A program made the position numbers and the translations under genes. The notes beneath the pieces were generated by a model. That model saw nothing but the letters and a program-made list of their open reading frames with translations, was not told the origin of the DNA and searched no databases. From contig OZ241981.1 in NCBI GenBank assembly GCA_965204345.1, positions 1,312,001-1,376,000 of the forward strand: a stretch of 64,000 nucleotides of DNA. Direction: 5' to 3'. The stretch is from Nitrosopumilus sp. (GTDB taxonomy: Archaea > Thermoproteota > Nitrososphaeria > Nitrososphaerales > Nitrosopumilaceae). This document shows, piece by piece, positions 41,133 to 50,517 of the stretch (positions are counted from its first letter, which is position 1; each line of letters starts with the position of its first letter).

Positions 41133-42242
41133 ATGAGAGTATTACATGCAGGTAATATGGTGAATTTGGGATATGTTGTTACTAAGCAATTGAGAAATGA
41201 AAATGTAAATGCTGAATTAGTTATGGAAAAAAATCCTACACAAATGTCTGATCCTTTAATTTTTGATTCACAATTAACCAAATATCCTGACTGGATATAT
41301 TTTCTCAACAAAACTAAATTCTCATGGAAGTTAAATTTGATTAAAAAAATGAGACAAAATTATGACATTATTCATGCTGATGTTGAATTTCCAATCTTTG
41401 CATACCTATCAGGAAAAAAGTTTATTGCACAAACTCAAGGCAGTGATCTTAGAGAACTAGCCTTTTCGAATTCTATAAGGGGCATTTTGCTTAGAAAAGC
41501 ATATCATAAGGCAAAAGCAATTATTTTTTTCCAACCTGATCATTACCCATTATTTTCAAAATTAAATCTCAATAATGAAATTTTTTTACCACCGGCAGGA
41601 TATACCGCATATTACGAACCAACCATTTTTCCTGATGACAAATACACTGATAAATTTTTAATCTTTCATCCCTCTGATCTAAATTGGAGATTAAAGGGAA
41701 ATGACATATTATTAAAGGGATTTGCAGAGTTTCTAAAAAACAACTCTGATTCTTTTATGGTGATAGTTGACAGAGGAGTTGATTCTGATCGAACACATGC
41801 TCTGGTAAGACAACTGCATCTTGAAAATAACGTTGAATTTATCAAGGGTCCATTAAAACCACATGATCTAAAAAGATTTTATAATCTTGCAGATGTTGTA
41901 GCAGATCATTTTGTATACGGTTCTTTAGGATCTATTGGTTGGGAAGTGCTGTCATCACAAAAACCTCTTTTAGGGTTTATTTTTGATGACTTGTATGCAA
42001 AATTGTACGGTGAATCCCCACCAATATTAAACGCAAAAAATTCCAAGCAAATTCAGGAACAATTAGAAACTATCAAAGACACAAAACTACGTCATAAAGT
42101 TGGACAACAAAGCCGTAATTGGATTACAAAGTATCATTCGCCAAAAACTTTCTCAAAGAAACTAATACGACTGTATGATCTTGTTGTTGAAGGAAAAAAA
42201 ATCAATGAAATAAAGCACGAAATAGAAAAAATTCCTTACTGA
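41133..42242 (+). CDS. Glycosyltransferase family 4-like
   Basis: QGSDLR, KGNDIL, ADVVADHFVYGSLGSIGWE. Confidence 0.85.
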   Translation: MRVLHAGNMVNLGYVVTKQLRNENVNAELVMEKNPTQMSDPLIFDSQLTKYPDWIYFLNKTKFSWKLNLIKKMRQNYDIIHADVEFPIFAYLSGKKFIAQTQGSDLRELAFSNSIRGILLRKAYHKAKAIIFFQPDHYPLFSKLNLNNEIFLPPAGYTAYYEPTIFPDDKYTDKFLIFHPSDLNWRLKGNDILLKGFAEFLKNNSDSFMVIVDRGVDSDRTHALVRQLHLENNVEFIKGPLKPHDLKRFYNLADVVADHFVYGSLGSIGWEVLSSQKPLLGFIFDDLYAKLYGESPPILNAKNSKQIQEQLETIKDTKLRHKVGQQSRNWITKYHSPKTFSKKLIRLYDLVVEGKKINEIKHEIEKIPY

Positions 42243-42266
42243 CTGCATAGATAGTTACTTTTACTT

Positions 42267-42941
42267 TTATATTTCAATTTTAATTACAGTATCAAAATTC
42301 CTAATGGGATTTTTTAGATTTCTTCCATTGGCTTGTCTTGTTATTGAAAATTGTTTTTCTGATAATCCTAAATTACCCAATATTTTCCCGAGTTTTTTTG
42401 CCGATAATTCATTGTGATAAAACCCTCCCCTATTGAAATATTCAACCCTGTGTTCTGGGTAATCTGGAAAAAATCCTCTATATGCACTAACTAGGGCATA
42501 TTTTTTTGTATGATTTACAACATTGGTTAGAAAAGCATCAGGATCATACACGTGATCTATCACCGATTGAGTAAAAACCAGATCATATTTTTTCTTTAAA
42601 TCCATTTTTATAAAATCACCTTGAACAAACTCAAAATTTGAGTTTGCTTTACAGTGATCAATTGCAGGCTTGCCGATATCTACTCCTGTGTATTCTTGGA
42701 ATAAATTTTTAAATTTAATCGGAAATATTCCTGCACCACATCCTATTTCAAGAGATGATTTTGGTCTTTTATTGGATAAATAATCTATAATGAATCGGGT
42801 CATTAGGGGTCTATCCTCAACCATCTTGTCATAATGTTTTTCTACATATGTTGGATCTTGCCAAATTTCCCCAAATTGTGTTTTTTTAACTCTAACTTTG
42901 ATACCCTTAGAATAACGTCTTATTTTATCACTGATAGTCAT
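42267..42941 (-). CDS. Class I SAM-dependent methyltransferase
   Basis: LEIGCGAG, YTGVDI, YDLVFTQSVIDH. Confidence 0.88.
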   Translation of the reverse strand: MTISDKIRRYSKGIKVRVKKTQFGEIWQDPTYVEKHYDKMVEDRPLMTRFIIDYLSNKRPKSSLEIGCGAGIFPIKFKNLFQEYTGVDIGKPAIDHCKANSNFEFVQGDFIKMDLKKKYDLVFTQSVIDHVYDPDAFLTNVVNHTKKYALVSAYRGFFPDYPEHRVEYFNRGGFYHNELSAKKLGKILGNLGLSEKQFSITRQANGRNLKNPIRNFDTVIKIEI

Positions 42942-43185
42942 TGACTGTATGATAAATTTAGGAAAAATAAACCTTGAACCCCATTTCTGATTTTTCTTAT
43001 AAATAAATTAATCATAAAATAATGTTGTACAGACACAACCGTTTGATGCCCTAAAATCAACTCTGTTTTTTGACAAAATCAGCCAATCTTGTTGATGCTA
43101 AAACAATTTCTGAATAGAACACCCTTGTAGATTATTTATAAAAATGGGATTCATTTAAAATGTACATCAATTTTTGAAAAATTAA

Positions 43186-44250
43186 TTGATTGAACAAACC
43201 CCAGACACATCTTCATCCCTTAGGACAATAGAATGGAAAGATAACCATGTTGTAATGATAGATCAGACCAAATTGCCAAATGCATTAATTTTTGTAGAAT
43301 ATGATGATTTTAACCAAGTTGCAAATGCCATCAAGACTTTGGTAGTTAGGGGTGCTCCTGCAATTGGGGTATCTGGTGCATTTGGATTAGGATTGGCTGC
43401 CTTACAAAGCAAAGCAACAACAAAAGAAGAACTGCTCTTGGATTTAGATAATGCAAGAAAAATCCTCTTTGCAACCAGGCCTACTGCAGTAAATTTGGGT
43501 TGGGGACTGGAAAAAGTCATGAATGTTGCAAAGACTGGGAATACTCCAGAACAAATCAGGGAGTTGGTAATTTCAACTGCTAAAAAAATGGCAGATGAAG
43601 ATATAGAGATCAACAAGGCTATGGGAAAGAATGGATCCTCCCTTTTTGATAATAATGACACCATAATGACTCATTGCAATGCAGGTGCACTAGCTACTGT
43701 TGCTTATGGAACCGCTTTGGGTGTTATTCGTGCAACAAGGGAAAGTGGGAAAAATGTCAAAGTCATAGCTACTGAAACCAGACCAATCCAACAGGGTTCA
43801 AGATTGACCGCATTTGAATTAAAGCATGATGGCTTTGATGTCAGTCTAGTTCCCGATACTGCTGTTGGCTATTCGATGGCTAATGGCTTAGTTAACAAAG
43901 TTGTCGTAGGTGCAGACAGAATTGTAAAAACAGGTCATGTTTTTAACAAAATTGGAACATATCAAGTGGCAACAATGGCAAAACAGCACGGAATTCCATT
44001 TTATGTTGCCGCACCACTGTCTACAATTGATCTAGAAACTAATGCCAAAGATGTAATAATTGAAATGAGAAAAGGGATGGAGGTAACAGGCACAGGTGAT
44101 AAAAAAACTGCACCTGACGATATTGGCGTGATAAATCCTGCGTTTGACATGACTCCGCCTGACCTAATTTCCGGAATTATCACTGAAAAGGGCGTGGCTA
44201 CTGCCCCCTATGACGAATCCATTCCAAAATTATTTGAAGCTAATAATTAG
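43186..44250 (+). CDS. mtnA: Methylthioribose-1-phosphate isomerase
   Basis: IDQTKLP, VRGAPAIG, RPTAVNL, THCNAGALAT, ETRP.QQGSRLT, NPAFD. Confidence 0.95.
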   Translation: MIEQTPDTSSSLRTIEWKDNHVVMIDQTKLPNALIFVEYDDFNQVANAIKTLVVRGAPAIGVSGAFGLGLAALQSKATTKEELLLDLDNARKILFATRPTAVNLGWGLEKVMNVAKTGNTPEQIRELVISTAKKMADEDIEINKAMGKNGSSLFDNNDTIMTHCNAGALATVAYGTALGVIRATRESGKNVKVIATETRPIQQGSRLTAFELKHDGFDVSLVPDTAVGYSMANGLVNKVVVGADRIVKTGHVFNKIGTYQVATMAKQHGIPFYVAAPLSTIDLETNAKDVIIEMRKGMEVTGTGDKKTAPDDIGVINPAFDMTPPDLISGIITEKGVATAPYDESIPKLFEANN

Positions 44251-44286
44251 AAAGTTTTTATTGTTTTTCAAACTGCCGTATATGAT

Positions 44287-44925
44287 ATGAGCACTGTTTC
44301 TACACAGGCAATTGAAGAATCACTCAAGCAGTGTATGGATCCAGAAGTGCCGCTAAACATTGTCGAAATGGGCCTAATTTATGGAATTGATGTCACAGAA
44401 AATAATGACGTAAACATCAAAATGACAATGACTACACAAGGGTGTCCCTTGCATGAGACTCTAGTTGAGGATGCCACGAGATTTGCTAAAAAGGTACCAG
44501 GAGTAAACAATGTCAAAATCGACATTGTATGGGAACCTGCATGGTCAATGGATAAAATGACTGAAGAAGGAAAATTAAAAATTAAAAATATGGGCGTTGC
44601 CATGAATACCCCTGCCCCAATAAATTATGAAACTGCTTTGCCGCAGGGTGTTGGAAAGCTGGTTCAACAGGAAGATGGCTCTATGGTATTGGCAAATGAA
44701 CATGAACAAGGATTTATGGTTAATCAGGCAATTGTAGACTTTTGGAAATCATGTAATGGGGAACGAAAAGTTACCGAACTAGTAGAAGTGTTTGCCCAAC
44801 AAACTGGATTACAAAGAAAACAAGTTGAAAAAGAAGTCATGCAATTACTACAACAATTACGTGATGGCGGATTAATTGCAATTGCAGGACAGCCAGACAC
44901 TCCAAACGTCGAATTTAAAAAATAA
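44287..44925 (+). CDS. DUF59 (SufT/MIP18) Fe-S assembly domain fused to a PqqD/RRE-like domain
   Basis: DPEVPLNIVEMGLIY, TTQGCP, WEPAWS; C-terminal NQAIVDFWKSCNGERKV.EL...LLQQLRDGGLI. Confidence 0.85.
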   Translation: MSTVSTQAIEESLKQCMDPEVPLNIVEMGLIYGIDVTENNDVNIKMTMTTQGCPLHETLVEDATRFAKKVPGVNNVKIDIVWEPAWSMDKMTEEGKLKIKNMGVAMNTPAPINYETALPQGVGKLVQQEDGSMVLANEHEQGFMVNQAIVDFWKSCNGERKVTELVEVFAQQTGLQRKQVEKEVMQLLQQLRDGGLIAIAGQPDTPNVEFKK

Positions 44926-44927
44926 TC

Positions 44928-45326
44928 CTAGTCTAATCCCTGTCTAGGCCTTCCAGACTTTCTCTTGGTTTTGGGTCTGCCTACTTTACGCTCTTTTCTA
45001 ATGTTCTTTGTTTTTTCTTTGAGATCCATTCCTTTTTCAAAAAATTCCCATATCATAATCTTTACCAGTTTTGAAACTTTTTGTTCCAAATTTCTTTGGT
45101 AATCTGGACTGTTTAAAATTTCCCCCAAATTCTTCCCACCAATTGCAATGTCCTTTTCTTCAAGGGCATCCCCAACTAACTCTTTTGCCATTGTTAAACC
45201 CACATAGAACTTTACTCCTGACCGAATAATTTCATTGTAACTTAATTCGTACTGCTCTTTAATTCTTTTAATCTCTTCAAATTCATCATCTGGAAACCTT
45301 GCCCTAAGGGTATTCCATTCTGTCAT
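44928..45326 (-). CDS. Putative ribbon-helix-helix DNA-binding protein with C-terminal GRP (AT-hook-like) motifs
   Basis: TLRARFPDDEFEEI...SYNEIIR N-terminus; RKVGRPKTKRKSGRPR tail. Confidence 0.55.
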   Translation of the reverse strand: MTEWNTLRARFPDDEFEEIKRIKEQYELSYNEIIRSGVKFYVGLTMAKELVGDALEEKDIAIGGKNLGEILNSPDYQRNLEQKVSKLVKIMIWEFFEKGMDLKEKTKNIRKERKVGRPKTKRKSGRPRQGLD

Positions 45327-45371
45327 GAAACAAGAAAGTATTCTATACTAATAACTTCTTAGATTTTTATT

Positions 45372-46019
45372 TTAGAATATGTGATTTGAACTAGCGCCAT
45401 CAAAGTTTATTGTAACGCCAGAAAGATATTTTATGTTGTTTTGAATTATTGATTTGACAAAATTCCCAATTTCTTCAGGTTTGCCTAATCTACCCATAGG
45501 CAATGTCTTTTCAAACTCTTTGACATTCTCTATTAATTCTTGAGTTCTGTCCGTATTGATAGGACCGGGGGCAATGTTGATACAACTAATATTCTTTTTA
45601 GCGTATTCCTTACTCATTACTTTGAAAACTTCAGAAAATGCACAACGATATGCTGAAGAAACTATCAGTTTTGCGTTTGGTTCTTTTATTACATTAGAAC
45701 TGATTAAAAAGATATACCCTCCATCATTAATTTTGATATTTTGTAAAATTATAACAAATCCCAAAAACAACTGATTGTGGTATAATTTCCAGTCTTCTTC
45801 TGTAATACTTGAAAATGGTTTAGGAATAGGGCCTCCGGTATTCAGAACCAGAATGTCTGCCTGGCTATGATTTCCAACAAATTTTTTCACACTATCCAAA
45901 TTTGACGTATCAATATCTGTTTTTGATGCTGCAAAAACGTCAATTTCTATATCTCTGAGTGAATCACAAATGGCCTTACCTATTCCTCGCGAACCTCCAA
46001 GAACAATTGCACTAGTCAT
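45372..46019 (-). CDS. Short-chain dehydrogenase/reductase
   Basis: GGSRGIG, LNTGGP, NIAPGPINT, PMGRLGKPEEI, DGA. Confidence 0.92.
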   Translation of the reverse strand: MTSAIVLGGSRGIGKAICDSLRDIEIDVFAASKTDIDTSNLDSVKKFVGNHSQADILVLNTGGPIPKPFSSITEEDWKLYHNQLFLGFVIILQNIKINDGGYIFLISSNVIKEPNAKLIVSSAYRCAFSEVFKVMSKEYAKKNISCINIAPGPINTDRTQELIENVKEFEKTLPMGRLGKPEEIGNFVKSIIQNNIKYLSGVTINFDGASSNHIF

Positions 46020-46103
46020 GTTATTTTCAAAACAAACTTGATGATTAAATTTCTTTAGTTAACAAAATACTTTTTGTTAAATGGAAAACCATACTCTAGA
46101 TGT

Positions 46104-46565
46104 ATGAAAACGCTTCAAAAAACTCTTAGAAAGACACTCAGTAGAGAGGAATTCATTAAAAAATTCTATAATAAAAGCAAATCTTTAGGCTCTAAAAGAA
46201 TATTCTTACTTCAGTTTTAATCTTTTTGATAATTTTTGTACTGATGTATACGGTGATAATTCCGAAAGATTGTTGACATAACTTAGAGGCAATATGGGTG
46301 ACGCACATACAATTTTCTTCAAGATTTCATCAAATACATGGAAGAAAACAAACTCAAACTCAAAACAATTGCTTCCTATTTCAGTATTTTGAGAATATTC
46401 CTTAGAAGAAATCAAGATTAGTTCAGATGACATTAAATATCTGATTACATCGCCTACTATTATTCAGGAGTTATGAATTCACTAACTAAAGATCATCTAA
46501 AATTATTATTAGATTATTCAAACCCTGATCGTAAGACATTATATCTCATCTTGCCTCTGTTCTGA
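46104..46565 (+). pseudogene. Decayed tyrosine recombinase/integrase (N-terminal half)
   Basis: Frameshifted pieces MKTLQ...REEFIKK / FDNFC / LQDFIKYMEENKLKLKTIASYFSILRIFL / IKISSDDIK...P / LTKDHLKLLLDYSNPDRKTLYLIL, ending just before the expected catalytic SSGxR box. Confidence 0.7.
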
Positions 46566-46680
46566 AGAAAAATCTCATAAAATGACTATGATGGAAGAGA
46601 TTTAGAATATTATCCAGTAAGACTGTGGAAAATGCTATTTGGAAATTGGTTTAGAGTGGCAGGTTGTTTTACATATGAAA

Positions 46681-46779
46681 ATACAAATTCTCAAATCTAA
46701 TCTTCAATACAAATTATGTCTAAATGTAGCATTCTAAGAAATATCATTTCAGAATTGATTATAGATACAAATTCTCAAA
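46681..46779. repeat. 15-bp direct repeat ATACAAATTCTCAAA (46681-95 and 46765-79), with a partial copy between
   Basis: Two exact copies read directly, plus a partial ATACAAATT near 46707. Confidence 0.75.
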
Positions 46780-46871
46780 GTCATTTTGGAATATATAAAG
46801 AACCGTTCACCAGGTCATTTTGGAATATATAAAGAACCGTTCACCAGGTCATTTTGGAATATATAAAGAAC
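46780..46871. repeat. 34-bp tandem repeat x2.7 (GTCATTTTGGAATATATAAAGAACCGTTCACCAG), each unit with a TATA-like box
   Basis: Units at 46780, 46814 and 46848 (partial); identical, no spacers. Confidence 0.95.
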
Positions 46872-46877
46872 TGATCA

Positions 46878-48404
46878 GTGATGATAATTGTGATTAAAGA
46901 AACTGATGTGCGTGATTTGAATCCGTGGTGGAAAGATCGTTTGAATATTCATACAGATAAAAAAATCAGAGAGTGGGATGAATCTGTAATAAAATATGAC
47001 TCGAGATTAAGACATGTAATAAAATATGATTATGATCCAGATAATACTGTAGTTTACACTTTACGTGGACCTAGGCAAGTTGGTAAAACAACTCTAGTAA
47101 AATTACAAATCAGAGATTTTCTAGAACAAGGAATAGATCCATGGAATATTCTATACTATTCTCTTGATTTAGCTAATACTCAACAAGATGTTGTAGATTT
47201 AGCTGAAACTTATTTAAAAATAAGTAGTAGACAGAGAGGAAATAGACGTTCTTATTTGTTCTTAGATGAAGCATCATCTGTGACAGAATGGCAAAAAGGA
47301 ATTAAATGGTTAGTGGATAATGATAAATTAAATAATTGTACTGTAATGGCTACCGGCTCACAAGCTATCAATATTAAAAATGCTACTGAAAGATTACCAG
47401 GACGTAAAGGAACAATCAATGATAGTTATGATAAAGTTTTACTTCCTATGAAGTTTGTAGAATACGCATCACTGTTAAACAATAACATAAAGGAATTGAT
47501 TAATCAAAATGATTTAGTATCATTCAAACATAGAGAAGATATTTTTAAAAAATTAATTACAGGAGAAATTGATGAAAGATTAGATAAATTAAACACATAT
47601 CAAAATGAAATTAATAATTTACTAAATGAGTATATGCTAACAGGTGGAATTCCGAAAGTACTAAACGAAAGAATAAAAACAAATATAATTCATGAAAGTA
47701 TCTATACAAATTATTTAGAAAGTATTACTGGACAATGGAGTGAATTAGGAAAAAATGAAACATTGTTAAAACAATTCGGCGGTGCTATAATCAAAAGCTT
47801 AACGAGTCATATTTCTTGGACTAATCTTGCTAAAGAAGCTGCATTAGGAAGTCCAAATACCGCAACAGATTATGCACTTGCTTTGGACGATCTATTAGTT
47901 TTATCAATTATACATCTTTATGGAGAAGTGAAAAAAATACCTATAATTCAAAAAGACCGAAAATTCTATTTTCGTGATCCATTATTTGCACACATATTCA
48001 ATGGCTGGATAAATCCCAATGCTAATTTTGATACTAGTCTTAAATATCTAGAAGATGATGTTAATCAGAGCAGAATTATAGAAAGTATTGTTGCTGATCA
48101 CCTTATACGCTGGGCATTTTCAATGAGTAAAAAGAAACAGACCTATGATTACTATAATCATGTGTTTTATTGGAAAGATGACAAAAATAGAGAAGTTGAT
48201 TTTGTTCTATATGATGGGAATACAATAGAAATTCCTATTGAAGTGAAATTTCGAAATAAACTTGATCTTAAGGAATTAGCACCAATGGTAAATTTTCTTA
48301 CTAAAACAGGTAATGACAAGGGACTGGTTCTTTCAAAGTCACTATTTGATGTAAAAAAAGATTATGTGATAATTCCAACATCTTTATTTTTATTGTTAAT
48401 ATGA
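46878..48404 (+). CDS. AAA_14 ATPase with DUF4143 / PD-(D/E)xK-like C-terminus
   Basis: GPRQVGKT, FLDEA, ATGS, LPGR, GGIP, KFYFRDP, REVDFV...PIEVK. Confidence 0.9.
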   Translation: MMIIVIKETDVRDLNPWWKDRLNIHTDKKIREWDESVIKYDSRLRHVIKYDYDPDNTVVYTLRGPRQVGKTTLVKLQIRDFLEQGIDPWNILYYSLDLANTQQDVVDLAETYLKISSRQRGNRRSYLFLDEASSVTEWQKGIKWLVDNDKLNNCTVMATGSQAINIKNATERLPGRKGTINDSYDKVLLPMKFVEYASLLNNNIKELINQNDLVSFKHREDIFKKLITGEIDERLDKLNTYQNEINNLLNEYMLTGGIPKVLNERIKTNIIHESIYTNYLESITGQWSELGKNETLLKQFGGAIIKSLTSHISWTNLAKEAALGSPNTATDYALALDDLLVLSIIHLYGEVKKIPIIQKDRKFYFRDPLFAHIFNGWINPNANFDTSLKYLEDDVNQSRIIESIVADHLIRWAFSMSKKKQTYDYYNHVFYWKDDKNREVDFVLYDGNTIEIPIEVKFRNKLDLKELAPMVNFLTKTGNDKGLVLSKSLFDVKKDYVIIPTSLFLLLI

Positions 48405-48458
48405 AAAATTGATGAGAATTTATGAATATAAAGTTACGAACCAATAAGATGGGAAGAG

Positions 48459-48576
48459 ATGAATGAAAGAACAACAGAGTATATTGTTAGAGATATCTTA
48501 CGAAAAAATAATGAAAAATACGAAAAAATTATAATTTATGAACAAAAAACAGATAAACCCTAGAATAGAAAAATAA
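48459..48576 (+). pseudogene. 5' remnant of an N6-DNA-methylase/restriction (BcgI-alpha-like) gene
   Basis: MNERTTEYIVRDILRK...YEQKTD, then NPRIEK in a shifted frame; resembles, from memory, the NE..TE.IVR...EQKS.NPRI N-terminus of such enzymes. Confidence 0.5.
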
Positions 48577-48601
48577 TTCAATTAGATTTTTTTAATACCA
48601 C

Positions 48602-48841
48602 TTAAATCTCTTTAATCTCTATAATTGTACCTAACACAGAATCCATTTGAACAATTGCCTTTTTCTCAGCCCATCCAAGTGCAACATACCAATCACCTGC
48701 ATCATCATGATATTTTGTTTCTAGCGTCTTGAGATCTTTTGGTTTAACGTTATATTTTTTTGCGATGCCTGAAATTGCTAGTGCAATCGCATCTTTTTCT
48801 TTTTCTAGCCGCCTTTTCATTAGGCCTATTCCTGGACTCAT
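48602..48841 (-). CDS. Small hypothetical protein
   Basis: MSPGIGLMKRRLE...WYVALGW...IVQMDSVLG; clean ORF. Confidence 0.7.
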   Translation of the reverse strand: MSPGIGLMKRRLEKEKDAIALAISGIAKKYNVKPKDLKTLETKYHDDAGDWYVALGWAEKKAIVQMDSVLGTIIEIKEI

Positions 48842-49428
48842 ATTTTTCCTATATCCTTTCATCTAATATAGTTAATTGAGCTTGCTGATGCAGTTGGATA
48901 TTGTATTAATAGAAAAATTAACAATTATTCTGATTTTGATATTTTTTGGAATGAAATTTATCCTAAGTTTCGAACGAATTTAAATGGAAATCATATGGGA
49001 TATGGTTTTAAAATTTATCCAGAATAAAGGTCGATGATACATGATCACATAGCCGCAACCCATGTATCTTCTAGCGATACACAAGACCGCATCACTTATG
49101 GTAACTTGCCGTATTCTGTATAAATTATTATCGAATCAATTGTCCTACATATGTTGCTATTTTGATTCAATTTTGACTATGTATAAGATATCACTTGACT
49201 CCTCAAAACCATTGCTTTACAGTCCTTGGATAAATTCCGGACTTTGATAAAAATATGACAAAGTAGCTGAAAACCTTGCAAATGTCAACTCTGTTATTGC
49301 TTACCTCAGTGCTTATCTTAGATAATCACAAGGACTAAGTTAGTTTATAAAATTACTCATAGAATCTAATTTTTCTAATTATTACTTTTCCAATATTTCA
49401 AATAGCCCTATATTATCGTAAAAATAAA

Positions 49429-50022
49429 ATGAAATTAATTCAAAGACTTTCAAATTCGGCAATTACTAAATCCAGCACACTAGTTTCTCTAGTTTCAATC
49501 TTGGCAGTAGTTGGTTCTATTGTAATAGTCTCAGCAGGATTTTGGGATGCCATATCTCATCTTCAAAAAGAACCAGAATTTTTCTGGAGTCCTCCTCACA
49601 TTGTAGTTTATCTTGGCGTTTCAATGACTGCATGTGCCGCAATCATGGGATCTGCACTAGTAATTCAAAAATCGGTTCATGGCTCTCTTAAAACTGGAAT
49701 TAAGTTTGTCATTGTAGGTTCTGTATTACAGATTATTTCAGGTTTTGGTGATTCATTGTCTCATGATATCTTTGGAATTGATGGACTAATTTCATGGTCA
49801 CATCAGCCACTTGAATTAGGCCTGGTACTTGCATCATTGGGCGCAGTTTTGATATTAAAAAATAGAGAGCACACAAAACTAAAGGTATTTCTTCCATTCT
49901 CTATTGTTGCATTTTTGTTCTTTACAACTTGGTTGATATTTAATTTAGTTTTGTTTTTTGGGCATACAATCCAATGCATTCAAATTTATGAGATGTTTTC
50001 TTCAGGCTGTTCTATATTGTAA
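49429..50022 (+). CDS. Membrane protein with two D-x3-H-x12-H metal-binding motifs
   Basis: WDAISHLQKEPEFFWSPPH and GDSLSHDIFGIDGLISWSH between hydrophobic helices. Confidence 0.8.
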   Translation: MKLIQRLSNSAITKSSTLVSLVSILAVVGSIVIVSAGFWDAISHLQKEPEFFWSPPHIVVYLGVSMTACAAIMGSALVIQKSVHGSLKTGIKFVIVGSVLQIISGFGDSLSHDIFGIDGLISWSHQPLELGLVLASLGAVLILKNREHTKLKVFLPFSIVAFLFFTTWLIFNLVLFFGHTIQCIQIYEMFSSGCSIL

Positions 50023-50477
50023 TTCTTTATTCTCATGTATGATATGATCATCATTCCGATGGATCCAACCAATATCATGATTCCTGACGGATACATTTTT
50101 TGAGAATTTGTATTGCCAAATTCTGTCTCTATGTCAACTGAATTTTCTGCTATGTTTGTGATTCTTAATGCATATTCTCCGTTCTCATCAAAATCAAAAT
50201 ATCCTACTGACATTTTTGTCTGAATCATCTGCTCTGAAATCACATTATCATTTTTATCTAATATCTGAACAAATATCTCTTCTCCTGAAAACTCAGGCAT
50301 GTATAATTTGTAATATCCGATATCAGCTCCTACAAATTCTGTTCTTGTCTCAAATGAACTTGATTGCTTTAGAGTAACCATGTCGTATTTTTTCTCCGTT
50401 TCATCAAAAATCAATGAGGTCCAAACCATCCCAACTACTACCATTGCTAATCCTATTTTGAATGGTGATATCTTCAA
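49986..50477 (-). CDS. Hypothetical membrane protein (two TM helices flanking a soluble domain)
   Basis: Hydrophobic N- and C-terminal segments; start placed at TTG 50477 because the longer ORF crosses the att-like site. Confidence 0.7.
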   Translation of the reverse strand: MKISPFKIGLAMVVVGMVWTSLIFDETEKKYDMVTLKQSSSFETRTEFVGADIGYYKLYMPEFSGEEIFVQILDKNDNVISEQMIQTKMSVGYFDFDENGEYALRITNIAENSVDIETEFGNTNSQKMYPSGIMILVGSIGMMIISYMRIKNYNIEQPEENIS

Positions 50478-50517
50478 TTCATCATGCTGAGAAATCATTT
50501 GCTTAATAAGATAATCT

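Noticed and set aside
46206-46433. 75-aa minus-strand ORF
   Set aside because: Antisense shadow of the integrase remnant
46780-46871. 34-bp repeat as a CRISPR mini-array
   Set aside because: Units are directly adjacent and identical; the 10-bp intervening parts are the same rather than unique spacers, and no cas genes are in the window
48870-49400. Long gap with ORF 49062..49247
   Set aside because: No recognisable motif or RNA structure; may be a decayed gene but cannot be supported
49429-50022. Calling this gene amoC
   Set aside because: It shares only the D-x3-H-x12-H spacing and lacks the WHQT..RDT.FTP and downstream AmoC motifs
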